From Ignavibacteriota bacterium (lineage in GTDB: Bacteria; Bacteroidota; Ignavibacteria; UBA10030): 64,000 bases of DNA. Shown piece by piece: positions 10,874 to 23,000 of this stretch; positions within the stretch are counted from its first letter, which is position 1, and every line of letters starts with the position of its first letter. The translations under genes were made by a program, and so were the position numbers. The DNA is taken from assembly GCA_963701295.1 (NCBI GenBank), contig OY969585.1, positions 2,240,001 through 2,304,000 on the forward strand. The letters run 5' to 3'. The notes beneath the pieces were generated by a model. The model saw only the letters and a program-made list of their open reading frames with translations, did no database searches and was not told the DNA's origin.

Positions 10874-11890
10874 CTAATCAGCATAGACATCGGAATAAAG
10901 TTCTTCGAGCGGTGGTTCAGAGCTGTTCTCCGTAAATTGAACGCACTCTTCAACGATTGTCTTAATGCGTGCTTCGGCAGATTTAAAATATTCATCTGTA
11001 GTAAGATGTGCTTCTTTCAAAACCCTTTCAAAGACTGTCAGTGGATCCAGTTTTCTTTGGGTCTCCACTTCTTCCTTTGTGCGGTAATGGCCATGAATCG
11101 GGTCGGACATGGAATGGCCGCGGTAACGGAATGTTTGCACTTCCAACAGGCTCGGTTCGTAAGTAGTACGTGCATGATCCACGGTGGCTTTGACAGTCTG
11201 ATAGACCTGAAGAACATCGTATCCATCTTCTATCACCGCACTGCGCATATTGTATGCCGCTGCCTTTTTATGGAGATCATCCACAGCGGAGGCACGATCG
11301 ACAGAGGTTCCCATTCCGTATTTATTATTTTCTATGATGTAAATGACGGGAAGTTTCCAGAGAGCGGCAAGGTTGAGCGATTCATGGAATTCGCCGATGT
11401 TTGTTGCACCATCACCCATAAAGCAGAGACAAACACGTTTCTCACCGCGGTATTTGCTGGCAAATGCAGCGCCGGTTCCAATAGGAATGTGTCCACCGAC
11501 AATTGCGTGACCGCCTAAGAAATTTTTTTCACGGTCAAACAAATGCATGGAGCCGCCTTTGCCTTTTGTCGTCCCAGTGTGTTTGCCAAGAAGCTCTGCG
11601 AGAATGCGGCGCGGATCGACTCCTTTGGAAATAGCAAGTCCATGATCGCGATACGCAGTGATGACATAATCATCCAGAGTAATTGCACCAATGGAGCCGG
11701 CAGAGATTGCTTCCTGTCCGTTGTAGAGATGGCAGAAGCCGCCAATCTTGCCCATGCCGTATAATTGAGAACATTTTTCCTCGAAACGTCGGATGAGAAG
11801 CATTTCATCGTACCACTTGAGGAGAATCTCCGGAGCAACACCAAGCAGATTCTTTGTGACAGGCTTTGTTAGAGGTAGTATATTGTTCAT
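10874..11890 (-). CDS. pdhA: Pyruvate dehydrogenase E1 alpha subunit
   Basis: GFCHLYNGQEA, GKGGSMH, TPP motif GDGA...ENN, RYRGHSMSD. Confidence 0.95.
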   Translation of the reverse strand: MNNILPLTKPVTKNLLGVAPEILLKWYDEMLLIRRFEEKCSQLYGMGKIGGFCHLYNGQEAISAGSIGAITLDDYVITAYRDHGLAISKGVDPRRILAELLGKHTGTTKGKGGSMHLFDREKNFLGGHAIVGGHIPIGTGAAFASKYRGEKRVCLCFMGDGATNIGEFHESLNLAALWKLPVIYIIENNKYGMGTSVDRASAVDDLHKKAAAYNMRSAVIEDGYDVLQVYQTVKATVDHARTTYEPSLLEVQTFRYRGHSMSDPIHGHYRTKEEVETQRKLDPLTVFERVLKEAHLTTDEYFKSAEARIKTIVEECVQFTENSSEPPLEELYSDVYAD

Positions 11891-12503
11891 TATTTGACCG
11901 TGACTTTTCGTTGAGTTTACAGCTATTCTTTCTTTTTAACACATAAATATAGCAAGAAGTTGCAGAAAAGGAAGTGGAGAGGGAAAAGATAGAAGGGAGA
12001 AAAGGAGAGAACATGAAGAGTTGAATCATTTCCGCCAGTTTTTTTGGCGGAAGGCGGATGCGCCTTTGGCGCAGAAGGAGATGAGATGTAAGGAAATTGA
12101 GAGAATGAGAGAGATTAATGCTTAAAACTAACATGTGATTTTCTTTATTTTGGATTCAAAGGGTTGTGGATATTGATGCAAAACATTTCGCTGCCCGAGG
12201 AAAAAATCAAAAAAGGAAATATCTTTCCCGTAAAAGTGAGAATCCAGAAAAGTCGACCACCACATATGTGGGATTAGAACGAAAATATTCTCAGGAACTT
12301 ATGAAAAAAGTCGTTCTTTCTTTTGTTTTAGCATCCCGTTATACCTCAGGATAAGTGCTATGAAAGAACTACATGCGTATGTAAAACATTGCTTGCATGG
12401 GTACGATGCAAATGTATAAATCGGAGTTTACTTATACTATATAACTTCAGTGCCTGAGTGCTTATGAACCTTTAGCTTAAAATTAATTGGTATGGATCTT
12501 GTT

Positions 12504-12772
12504 TCAGAATCTGCCCATTTCAAATATATCTATTGAGCAGGTTTTGTTCGTTGCATACTTTAATCCCCGATTAGATGAAGAATAGGCAACATGAATCTTA
12601 TTGTTTGCATCGATAGCTGCTCATACGTCACCATTAGCGGCACTTACATTATCACTAGTGGTGTTGTCTGTGATTGAAGTACTGCCTGAACTGTTGGTTG
12701 GGGAGCTTTCATTTTTTGAATAGCTCATTAATTAAAGATAATAGGACAACAAGAAGAGGAATTTTTTTTCAT
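12504..12772 (-). pseudogene. Decayed exported/lipoprotein gene remnant with a beta-propeller-like repeat
   Basis: Minus-strand reading with two frame breaks and a stop: MKKI.LLVVLLSLI / MSYSKNESSPTNSSGSTS...NGDV*AAIDANNKIHVAYSSSNRGLKYATNKT. Confidence 0.45.
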
Positions 12773-13051
12773 GAAAATGATCGTTGATTGTAAAATATTT
12801 AACGAAACAATTTCGTTATTGTGCTTATATAAAGTATGCAGAAAATTGTTGATAAGGAGCGACACCTATTACATAAAGAGTACAGCTCATGTTTGATTTA
12901 AATCGCACTTTGAAACTGGGATTAAGCATTCACTCTTGCGTATCACCTTCATACACAGCTGCAGGGTAATTGACGTTTGCGAGCTTTGCTTCTTTAAAAG
13001 AACTGTCTTACTTTAACTCGTAAACTTAAAAACAATAAAAAGGTAATAGTA

Positions 13052-14552
13052 ATGAAATATGTATTTGGCATAAATCTTCTTTTCCTTTTTACTACTGTTT
13101 TATTTCCGATTGTTTTTCTCTTTTCACAAAAACAATCTCTAGGAATGTTTGAAGGACATAGTGATATAGGTGATGTTCTCAAGAAAGGTTCGGTCACCTT
13201 CGATTCCATCGCTATGAAGTATACAGTCGTCGGAGGCGGAGAGAACATGTGGTATGCAAAAGATGCTTTCCAGTATGTCTGGAAAAAAGTTTCAGGCGAT
13301 CTTTCCATTTCTTCGGATATCAGTTTCCCGGACACAGGCGGTGACGTTCATCGAAAAGCAGGTCTGATCATCCGCCAGAATCTCGATCCCGATTCACCCT
13401 ATGCAGATGCTGTTCTTCATGGAGATGGCCTTACGTCCATGCAGTATCGTGAAGTCAAGGGCGGGCCAACGCGTGAGATTCAATCCAATATAAGAAGTCC
13501 GAGAAGAATCCAAATTGAAAAACAAGGGAATTATGTTTTCATGTCCATTGCCCCTGAAAATGAAAAACTCCGTTCTGCGGGCGGGTCATTTAAAATTAAA
13601 TTTGAAGAGCCATTTCTCATAGGGCTTGGTGTTTGTGCTCATAATAATAAGGTTTTAGAAAAAGCAATTTTTTCAAATGTCAAGATTACGAACGGTTCAA
13701 AAACTGATTCGGGCGAAACAATAGTAGAAAGCACATTAGAAACAATACACATTGACTCAAAAGATAGAAAAGCAGTCTATACTACTGAAAACGTTATTGA
13801 GGGAGCATTCTGGTCGGGGGATGGAGGAGCATGTTTTCTTCAGCAGTAAAGGACAGTTGTACAAATTACAAAAAGGCGGTGGTAACCCACAATTGTATGA
13901 CACAGGATTAAAGAATCTTGGCAGCAGCAATGGTTTTTCTCCCGATAAGAAACAGTTGGCGGTGAGCAATTATATCGGTGAACATCAATCCCAGATATAT
14001 TTAGTACCGGCTGAGGGCGGTGAACCAAAACTTCTGACCCAAAATGCTTCATCGTGGTGGCATAGCTGGTCTCCGGACGGCACGACAATCCTCTTTTCCG
14101 GCATGCGAAATAAAAATTTAGATATTTACAGTATCCATGCTCGGGGAGGGAATGAAACACGGCTTACGACTCAACCGGGTATTGATGACGGACCGGAGTT
14201 CTCGCCTGACGGCAAATACATTTATTTCAATTCCGACCAATCGGGTTCAAATCAAATCTGGCGTATGAAACCTGACGGCAGTGCTCAGGAACAGATTACA
14301 TTCGATGTATATAACAATTGGTTCCCGCATGTTTCGCCGGATGGAAAATGGATCGTTTTCCTGTCTTATGAAAAAGACGTCAAGGGTCATCCTGCAAATT
14401 ATGATGTTATATTGAGACTTATGTCAACCGCTGGCGGTGAAATTCAAGTAATTGCAAAACTTTTTGGTGGACAAGGAACTTTCGATGTAAACTCTTGGGC
14501 ACCGGATAGCAAGACTTTGGCTTTTATGAGTTATCGATTGATTCATAAGTGA
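13052..14552 (+). CDS. TolB-like protein (N-terminal lectin-fold/DUF1349-like domain plus PD40 beta-propeller), split by a +1 frameshift near 13826 (pseudogene or sequencing error)
   Basis: ORFs 13052-13849 and 13752-14552 join as ..[21 protein letters not shown].. if one G is removed from GGAGGAG; repeats WSPDG, FSPDG, VSPDG, WAPDS. Confidence 0.8.
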
Positions 14553-14687
14553 TGTCTCTAGTGTATTCTTCTAAATATTTTAAAGTTGACAGGAGCTGGT
14601 CAGCCATCAGGAACATAAGGTTATCATGACACCGCTCAAATTACTGGATATTACAAAAACAGAAAAATCAAAACCGGAGAACTAATC

Positions 14688-15782
14688 ATGCTTTATAAAA
14701 CGTTATTTCTACTTTTCATAGGGTCATATATGAACGCTCAGAATTCTCTTCCTACTAACTCATCGGAAAATTTTGCAATACGCACCGGCGTGAATATAAG
14801 CCACTGGCTTTCTCAAAACGACAAACGGGGCGAAGAGAGGAAACGGGAAATTACCAGGTCAGATTTCGACAAAATAGCATCTATGGGATTCGATCATGTC
14901 AGGATTCCTATAGACGAAGTCCAGTTTTGGGATTCGCTGGGCAACAAAGAACCTGAAGCATTTGCTTTGCTGCACAATGCAGTTGAGTGGGCATTCGCTG
15001 CGAATCTGCGTGTGATTATTGATATGCATATTATTCGTTCACACTATTTTGTTTCAGAATCAAATAAACTCTGGACCGATACTCTTGAACAACAGAAATT
15101 GGTTAATTTCTGGCTGCAACTCTCCGGAGAATTACAACGTTATCCCAACTCGAAATTGGCGTACGAAATTATGAACGAAGCTGTAGCGAAAGATCCGGAC
15201 GATTGGAACAAAGTATTTAACAAAGCTATTTCGGCACTGCGAGTGCATGAACCCCACAGAAAAATTGTTGTCGGTTCAAACATGTGGCAAATTCCAAGTA
15301 CATTTCCTGCATTAAAACTTCCAGAGAATGACAGGAATATAATTCTGAGTTTTCATTTCTATATTCCGATTGCACTAACCCATCACGCGGCATCATGGGT
15401 TCCGACTGCAGAATATACTGGGCCGGTTAATTATCCTGGACAAATTGTCGATACTTCACAGTACAAAGGGCTATCGGAAAAGGCAGTGAGTGTTATGAGA
15501 GAATATGCCAATGGATATTTTACAAAGGAAGTTCTAAAAAAACAGATGATGCCTGCAATAGAGTTTGCGCAAAAACATAAGCTGCCATTGTATTGCGGTG
15601 AATTTGGAGTGTATCCCACAATCCCGGAAGATATCATGCTCCGCTGGTATAAAGATGTATGCGAAGATTTTAATGAGAACAATATTGCCTATTGCCATTG
15701 GTGTTACAAAGGAGATTTTCCGGTTGTCGAAAAAAACGGTGCTCCAAAGCAGAAACTTATTTCGGTGTTGACTGCCCGTTAA
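14688..15782 (+). CDS. Glycoside hydrolase family 5 (cellulase family), exported
   Basis: GVNISHWLSQ, GFDHVRIP, IIDMH, acid/base YEIMNEA, SFHFY, nucleophile LYCGEFG. Confidence 0.92.
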   Translation: MLYKTLFLLFIGSYMNAQNSLPTNSSENFAIRTGVNISHWLSQNDKRGEERKREITRSDFDKIASMGFDHVRIPIDEVQFWDSLGNKEPEAFALLHNAVEWAFAANLRVIIDMHIIRSHYFVSESNKLWTDTLEQQKLVNFWLQLSGELQRYPNSKLAYEIMNEAVAKDPDDWNKVFNKAISALRVHEPHRKIVVGSNMWQIPSTFPALKLPENDRNIILSFHFYIPIALTHHAASWVPTAEYTGPVNYPGQIVDTSQYKGLSEKAVSVMREYANGYFTKEVLKKQMMPAIEFAQKHKLPLYCGEFGVYPTIPEDIMLRWYKDVCEDFNENNIAYCHWCYKGDFPVVEKNGAPKQKLISVLTAR

Positions 15783-15880
15783 AAAATATTCTTGTCAGTC
15801 CCAAGACATGAATAAGAATAGAACAGGTCGTATGCGCCTGTAACCGTGAACTACTTCTATCAAGGTAACGAAGGATCAGA

Positions 15881-18082
15881 TTGAAATTGTTGAAATGGAT
15901 ATTGCTTCTTTTTGTTTTTGAGATATGCCGCGCTCAAATGCCCGAGACAATATTTGTTGGCACGGTTTACAATATTTTTCATGAAGAATTTGTGACAGAT
16001 CAAGAATTTTTCAATCAGGTGGATAGAGATATCACCTTGATGAAAGAGTCCAATATTACACGCGTCATGATATTTCCCATGAATCAGTGGGACCCGGAAT
16101 CGAAGCTGTTATTGTGGAAACGAACAGATTATCTCGTAAAAAAAATCGAAACTGTAAATTTGAAGTTTATTCCCATGATGCTCAAAGAGGAACAATGCCG
16201 CCATTATTTCCCTATCTGGAAATTCAAAGAGATCGACGGAATGTGGGAACAGTACCATCAAAAAAATGGAAAGAGGAACAATCGGGATGATATAGATTTT
16301 GCAGATCCTAAAGTCTATCCGTTGGTGGAAGAATATTTTCGGGCAGTTATTACCAGGTATGGCAAAAGTCCAGCACTGAGTTTCTATAACATCTGGAATG
16401 AACCCCATTATAGTTCCGATGCGGAACATGTTCTTGAGCGATATAGGACATGGCTTCAAGAGAAGTATGGGTCGTTAGCGAGACTCCGAATTGCCTGGGG
16501 AGATGATTATACAGATTGGAATCAAGTGAGTCCGTTCCTTAACGAGAACTGGTATTCCTCCATGCAGCAAATTGACTGGATTCAATTCAGGAACGAATTG
16601 AACGGAATGCTTCTAGGAGATTTGGTCAAAACACTCAGGAAGTATGATTCAACGCATGCAGTCAATGCAAACCCGGTTGGCACACCGTTTGCAAATTTCG
16701 GGAATTTCGGTTATTACAACACGGATAATTGGTCGTTCACACAACACAATGATGTGAACGGGATTTCCTATTATCCTGATAGCTGGGAGAGGGAGCAGAA
16801 TGGAGAATCGTGTCCATTCTGGATTCATAATTTCACGTTCAATATGGTTCGATGCGCATCAGGAGACAAGAATTATATTCTCACGGAAGTATTCACCAAC
16901 ACTCAAAACGGATTGGCGCTGAATGGGTATTTAACAAAAAAAGATGTCTCTTTGCTGGCTTGGACGGCACTGGCAAATAACTGCAAAGGACTGATCTATT
17001 GGAAATGGGAACCCTTTATGCGCGGGCGTCAATCGCTTGGACGCGGATTATGTATGACAGATGGAAAATTAGCACCACGCGGAGAAGCAGTGAAAGAGTT
17101 CGGAAGTATAATGCAACATTACGGAAAAGTCCTATTCCATGCACACTTAAAGAAGCCGCAGGTTGCTGTATTAGTTGATATGGTTGGCTTAATCAAGACA
17201 TTAGAACAATCAACCGAGCGATCTACGACCAAGTTTATGTATGAAAGTATTGCCGGAACTTATAAAGCACTTTATGAAAACAATATCACTATGGACATTC
17301 TCAGAATGGATCGAGAGATCAATCTCGAGATCTTGAAGTCCTATAAGATACTTTTCCTTCCATTTCAAATTGTTATGCGGCAAGAAATTGCAAATATGTT
17401 AAAAGAATATGTGAACCAGGGAGGATGGGTTGTGGCCGATGCACGTACTGCAACGGTAAATGAGCTCGATTTCGCCTATAGAATAAATCCTGGTGCAGGT
17501 CTGGACACATTGTTCGGTGCGGTGAGAACAGATTGGGTTGGACAAAAGAATTATTGGAAAGTAATGATAAATGAAAATGGAGGGGACTCTTCCTATACCG
17601 TTGACGGGAAATATTTTCGGGATCAACTTCATATCACGGGTAAAATGGATGTGCTGGGAACATTCGCCGAGGATGGTACTCCGGCCGTTATCAAGCATCT
17701 GTTTGGAAAAGGGGTAGCTATCTTGAGTGCTGTTCCACTAGGCGCTAGTTATTATGGGAGACCGGAAAATCTGGTAAATAAATTCCTCTTGTCAATCACA
17801 AGGGATGCTAGTGTGATCCCCGATGCCCGCTTTCTATCGAAGGATGAGTCATTTTTGGATTTGAAGAGTCATAGTACAGGAAATACTAAAATTATTTATG
17901 CGATCAATACCGAAGGTCGCTCGAAATCAGGTATTATTGAACTATTTATAGGATCTCACAAAATAAAAAGCGTGAAAAACATTGTCTTGAATGATAACAT
18001 GCCATTCAAACAGAATGGTGGCATCTTGTCAATACCAGTGACAATCGATAAACAAACGGCACAGGTTATTCTTTTAGAATAG
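15881..18082 (+). CDS. GH42-like beta-galactosidase with trimerisation domain, signal peptide
   Basis: YNIWNEPH, WLQEKYGSLARLRIAWG, ILTE nucleophile region, GGWVVADART. Confidence 0.82.
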   Translation: MKLLKWILLLFVFEICRAQMPETIFVGTVYNIFHEEFVTDQEFFNQVDRDITLMKESNITRVMIFPMNQWDPESKLLLWKRTDYLVKKIETVNLKFIPMMLKEEQCRHYFPIWKFKEIDGMWEQYHQKNGKRNNRDDIDFADPKVYPLVEEYFRAVITRYGKSPALSFYNIWNEPHYSSDAEHVLERYRTWLQEKYGSLARLRIAWGDDYTDWNQVSPFLNENWYSSMQQIDWIQFRNELNGMLLGDLVKTLRKYDSTHAVNANPVGTPFANFGNFGYYNTDNWSFTQHNDVNGISYYPDSWEREQNGESCPFWIHNFTFNMVRCASGDKNYILTEVFTNTQNGLALNGYLTKKDVSLLAWTALANNCKGLIYWKWEPFMRGRQSLGRGLCMTDGKLAPRGEAVKEFGSIMQHYGKVLFHAHLKKPQVAVLVDMVGLIKTLEQSTERSTTKFMYESIAGTYKALYENNITMDILRMDREINLEILKSYKILFLPFQIVMRQEIANMLKEYVNQGGWVVADARTATVNELDFAYRINPGAGLDTLFGAVRTDWVGQKNYWKVMINENGGDSSYTVDGKYFRDQLHITGKMDVLGTFAEDGTPAVIKHLFGKGVAILSAVPLGASYYGRPENLVNKFLLSITRDASVIPDARFLSKDESFLDLKSHSTGNTKIIYAINTEGRSKSGIIELFIGSHKIKSVKNIVLNDNMPFKQNGGILSIPVTIDKQTAQVILLE

Positions 18083-18187
18083 TATTTCTGCACTTTGTTT
18101 AATCGAAATAAATGTTGTTGAACCAATAGGGATCTGTATCAACATAATCATAAATGATTGTTGCTTAAAAACATTAGAGTTTAGAAT

Positions 18188-18631
18188 ATGAATAAATCTC
18201 AGGAATGCATAGTCAGCCTTATTCAAAAACTTGAGGGACTTATACCTCTTTACATGAAGAAGGATGAAGATAAAGGTGTATCGAATGGCAACGTTGCTGT
18301 ATGCATCATTGATGAAGCAGGCGGAGTATTTGGAAAAGTGTTTGCCCACAAAAATAAAATACGGGCACGCGAATCATTTAGAATTGCATGGATAAAGGCA
18401 AGTCAGGTTTGGCTGACCGGAATGAAAACCGGAGAGTATGAAAAGAAAGTTTATAGTGGTGAAATTAACGAGGGAACTGTTGGAATAAGTAAGCCGGACT
18501 TGATTGGCTGGGAAGGTGGACAACCAATCACTTTAAAAGACGGGTCAAAACTTTCTGTCGGATTCAGCGGGTTTAGAGGTGTCACTGATCTGGAGATTGT
18601 TCTCAAAGCGTTAGAGCAGATTGAAATATGA
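18188..18631 (+). CDS. Small GlcG/HbpS (DUF336)-like protein
   Basis: VAVCIIDEAG, IAWIKA, WEGGQPI, VGFSG...D pattern resembles GlcG/HbpS. Confidence 0.55.
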   Translation: MNKSQECIVSLIQKLEGLIPLYMKKDEDKGVSNGNVAVCIIDEAGGVFGKVFAHKNKIRARESFRIAWIKASQVWLTGMKTGEYEKKVYSGEINEGTVGISKPDLIGWEGGQPITLKDGSKLSVGFSGFRGVTDLEIVLKALEQIEI

Positions 18632-18792
18632 GACATAAGTATATTCATGGTGAACAATGGTTTGTCATTATTGAGAAATAGTTAATGTGTTTGGTGAAAC
18701 CGCCGTCCGTTAGATTGGGTTTCGAAGATTGCGTCCGAGAATAAATCAACTAAAATAAATTTTAATAGTATAAATGATAGGCTGTTACATTC

Positions 18793-20023
18793 TTGAGAAG
18801 ATTCAAAATTAAATCAATTGTATTTGCTAGTACTATTATCATTATAGGAGGTATTGATAGTCTACCTCTCGGCTGTCCTATATCGATTACTATAGCCCTA
18901 GTCATAACTGGAACAGCGGATAATCTTTGGTGTCTTTTTAATTCAGAAAAAACCACCAAGAGTTTGCAGTCACTTATTGAAATACAATCAGGCATTCTTA
19001 CTGCCAATAAACTTGGTAACACTTATCTTGAAAAACTGAAAAATGACATTAAAATCAAAGGTCGCACAATAAATTTTCATGAATTGATTAATAAAGCTCT
19101 TCAAATTGATCCAGATAACCCAGATGTAATTCATTTCTATTCACACTGGTCAGCCTGTGGCTTTCTCATTGCCAAAGGTTTAAATATGTTTCGGAATCCC
19201 ATATAATTAATGAATCTAATAGAATCTCAAAATATAGAAAAGACCCTTATTGGTTATTGTTGGCTGCGACATCTTGGCTTATGGAAGAACGCTCTGATAA
19301 AGCACTGGAATGCATAGAGATAGCCATCTTGAAAGGAGCAAAAGGATGGATAGTCGATTACGATTACGGCGGCGCTTTACAATCAAACGGGAAATATCAA
19401 GAGGCTCTCAAATATTTAAGAATAGGCGTGATAAAACTAAAATAATTGATACAATGTTTCGGAATTTGAGTTTGCAATGTAGATTCATTTCAGCTTCCTT
19501 TTATACTTTTATCCTTTGTGTGCTCAAAGTAAAACATAGCATAAAACAATCCCTTAGTTCCCTATATGCAGCCGTATTCTATTTGTCACTGGGATTAATA
19601 ACAGAAATAATACTTTATTTTGCGTCGTGCATTAATGTTTTAAAATTCCCCAAAATAATTATTCGTAAGAGTAATTTTATTTCTCAGCCTCATATAATGA
19701 TAAGCGAAAAACTTTTTGTGCTTGGCCACTATGAACAAGCAAAAATTATCCTCTCTAAAGTCTCTCAATTTAATAATGTTCGTATTCTGAACAATCTTGC
19801 GATTAGCCAATCCCGTCAAGGAAAATATAATGAAGCTATTTCGACCATCGGCAAGGCTTTACACATTTGCAAAAACGATGAAAAACTTTTATACAATAGA
19901 GAATCATTTGTTTATGCTCGCAATGGAAATAAGCTTGGGAGATTGGTTAGTATTGATAAATATGGGCAATTACACGTGGTTAAAAATAATGCTTTCAACC
20001 AAAAACGTCAAAACGCAATATAA
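18793..20023 (+). pseudogene. Fragmented AT-rich TPR-repeat membrane protein gene
   Basis: TPR-like segments (KALQIDPDNP; YGGALQSNGKYQEALKY; LNNLAISQSRQGKYNEAISTIGKAL) spread over three ORFs in different frames. Confidence 0.6.
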
Positions 20024-20078
20024 CCTGTGACTCAAACTTGGCTTATCCAAAAGACTACATCTCACAAATAAGGATAGC

Positions 20079-23000
20079 ATGAAAATTACAACCCCGTGGG
20101 GAAAAAAAACTCATTCACTGCCATCATGGAAATTTAGCAGTGTTACACTTCTGACGATTATATTTGTTCTCATCTTCTCCGTCCATGCACAGGAATACAC
20201 GCGCGGTGTGGGTGTCTATCCGGGAGATCCAAAAGAAGATTTCTCACCCACAATGAAAATCGATTCAACGAACTATCGCAACCTCGCATTGCACCGGCCT
20301 GCTTACCACTCGAGCAGTTACAACTATAATCTCACCGCCCAGCTTATTACTGACGGAATAAAAGAATCGCAGCTTCCGGCGTGGATTGTCACCACGAGCA
20401 GTAGCGACAGCATTGTGAAGAGGAATGAACGGGAAACAGTTCTGGATCGCCACATCATGACGAGGAAAAATTTAGACGGGCCTGTTGCATGGCTTCAAAT
20501 AGAAATGGCCGGTAATAGCATAATCCCTGTCCTCGACAGTATCGATGTCTCCGGCAGCTTACTGGTTGATAGTCTTCATGCTCAACATTGGAATATAACT
20601 ATTCTTGGTTCGCAAGACGGTTCGCAATGGAAAAAATTGGGGTCAGTCAACGGCGATACATTGCCGGGAGATTCTGTAACGGGTCCATGGCGAAGATTTT
20701 TACCGCCTAACTTAAGAGTCTTTAGCTATCCTTTTAAACTCAATACGCTCGCTCATTACAAGATTTACAGAGTTGATGTTAATTCGCCAAATGCAAAGGG
20801 CTGGGCAATTACTGAATTTGCAATGTGCAGCAATGGAAAACGTGCCGATATTGGTGGCCCTTATGATTTTACCAGCGCGTGGATGAGCGCCGGCTCGAAA
20901 GAAGAATGGGTTTATGTAGACCTCGGAGCTGAATGTTCATTCGATCGAATCGTTTTAAATTGGATACGCCGCCCCGCGGTTGGTTCAATCCAAATATCGT
21001 ATAATGCGGCCCATTGGAAAGATCTCGCACCTCTGCCTCATCATTCAGATAATGTAGATGATGTGAAGTTTGAAAGTCCCATACGAGGAAGATATGTTCG
21101 CATCCTAATGAATCAGCCTGAATCAACTGATGGTTGTATCCTCAGTGAATTGGAAGTGTATGGAACAGGCGGTCCGATTGCTATCGCGCATCCTCAAGCT
21201 CCTCTCAGGAAAGACGGCAGAATGGATTTATCCGGCGGTGGATGGAAACTCCAGCGTGAATCATTGGTTCACACGAACGGTGAAACATTGTCCAAGCCGG
21301 GTTTTATTGACAACGATTGGATCATAGCAACAGTACCAGCGACCGTACTTGTCACTTATCTCAATGCGGGTGCTTTACCAGATCCGAACTTTGGAGATAA
21401 CCAATTACTGATATCGGATTCCTACTTCTACTCCGATTTCTGGTACCGCAACGAATTTACTGCACCTTCTGTGTACAAAGGGAAACGGATGTTTCTCAAC
21501 TTTAACGGAATCAACTGGAAAGCAGAAGTGTATCTGAATGGACAGAAACTCGGAATGATCGAAGGTGCGTTTACACGCGGGCAATTCGATGTAACTGATA
21601 TTCTCCTACCGGGAGAAAATAATGTTGTTGCGGTACGCATCAAGAAAAATGATACGCCCGGATTTGTCAAAGAGCAGACGAAATTCAGTCACGATGCGAA
21701 CGGCGGCGAGATCGGTGCGGATAATCCGACCTTCCACGCATCTGTGGGCTGGGATTGGATGCCAACTATTCGTGGACGAAATATCGGTATCTACAACGAT
21801 GTGTATCTTTCAGTAACTGGGCCTGTCACGATTGAAGATCCGTTCGTTTCAACCGATCTGCCTCTTCCGGATACGACATCTGCGGATATTACTCTTGCGC
21901 TGACTCTTCGCAACCATACGTCCAGCAATGTAACAGGAATAATACACGGTACATTCGGCACGGTACGCTTTGAACAATCGGTGACATTGAATGCCTTGGA
22001 AACAAAAAGTGTAAAGTTAAGCCCCGCGACACATCCATCGTTACGATTGCAAAATCCAAAACTGTGGTGGCCCAACGGATATGGGCAGCAAAATCTTTAT
22101 GATATAGAATTAAAATTCATTACTGCAGACGGCGGAACATCGGATTCAAAAACATTTCGCACCGGTATCAGAGAAATGTCATACTCGGAAGACGACGGAG
22201 TTTTAAAAATATGGGTGAACGGCAGACGATTCATCGGCTTCGGAGGCAACTGGGGCTTCTCCGAATCGATGCTTCGCTACCGGGCACGCGAGTATGATAT
22301 TGCTGTACGGTACCACAGGGAAATGAATTTCACGATGATTAGAAACTGGGTTGGACAAACTGCCAATGATGAGTTCTATGAAGCATGTGATCGTTATGGA
22401 ATTATGATTTGGCAGGATTTCTGGCTGGCAAATCCGGTGGATGGCCCTAATCCGGATAACAACACAATGTTTATGCAGAACGTTGACGATTTTGTTAAAC
22501 GAATTCGAAATCATCCCTCGCTTGCATTATACGTCGGCCGGAACGAAGGCAACCCGCCGGAGGCTTTGGATTCGGCGATACGAAGAGTATTGCTACAGAT
22601 ACATCCTGATGTGCATTACATATCGAACTCTGCATCCGGTGTGGTGAGTGGAGGCGGACCATATAGAGCTATGCCTATAAAGTTTTATTTTGAAAAAAGG
22701 GCGACAGAAAAATTACACAGTGAAATGGGAATGCCGAATATGGTTTCGTATGAGAGCTTAAAACACATGATTCCCGATTCTGCCTTGTGGCCGATTGATC
22801 GGCTCTGGGGTGTGCACGATTTCAGTCTGGAAAGCGCTCAATATGGATCGTCTTTCATTCAACAGATAAACGATAATTTTGGTCCTGTAAATGATCTCAG
22901 AGAATGGCTCTTACTCGCACAGTGGATCAATTATCAAGGATATCGTGCTATGTTCGAAGCGCAAAGTAAAAACAGGATGGGAATCTTATTGTGGATGAGT

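Noticed and set aside
8428-11890. Missing E3 (lpd) in the pdh cluster as an anomaly
   Set aside because: E3 is commonly encoded elsewhere and shared among complexes
11805-12354. ORFs 11805-12134 (-) and 12166-12354 (+)
   Set aside because: Low-complexity translations of the purine-biased region upstream of pdhA; no motifs
14565-14595. CTAAA-TATTTTA-AAGTTGAC as a fourth attC left arm
   Set aside because: No AAC core, spacing differs from the other three, and no matching upstream box
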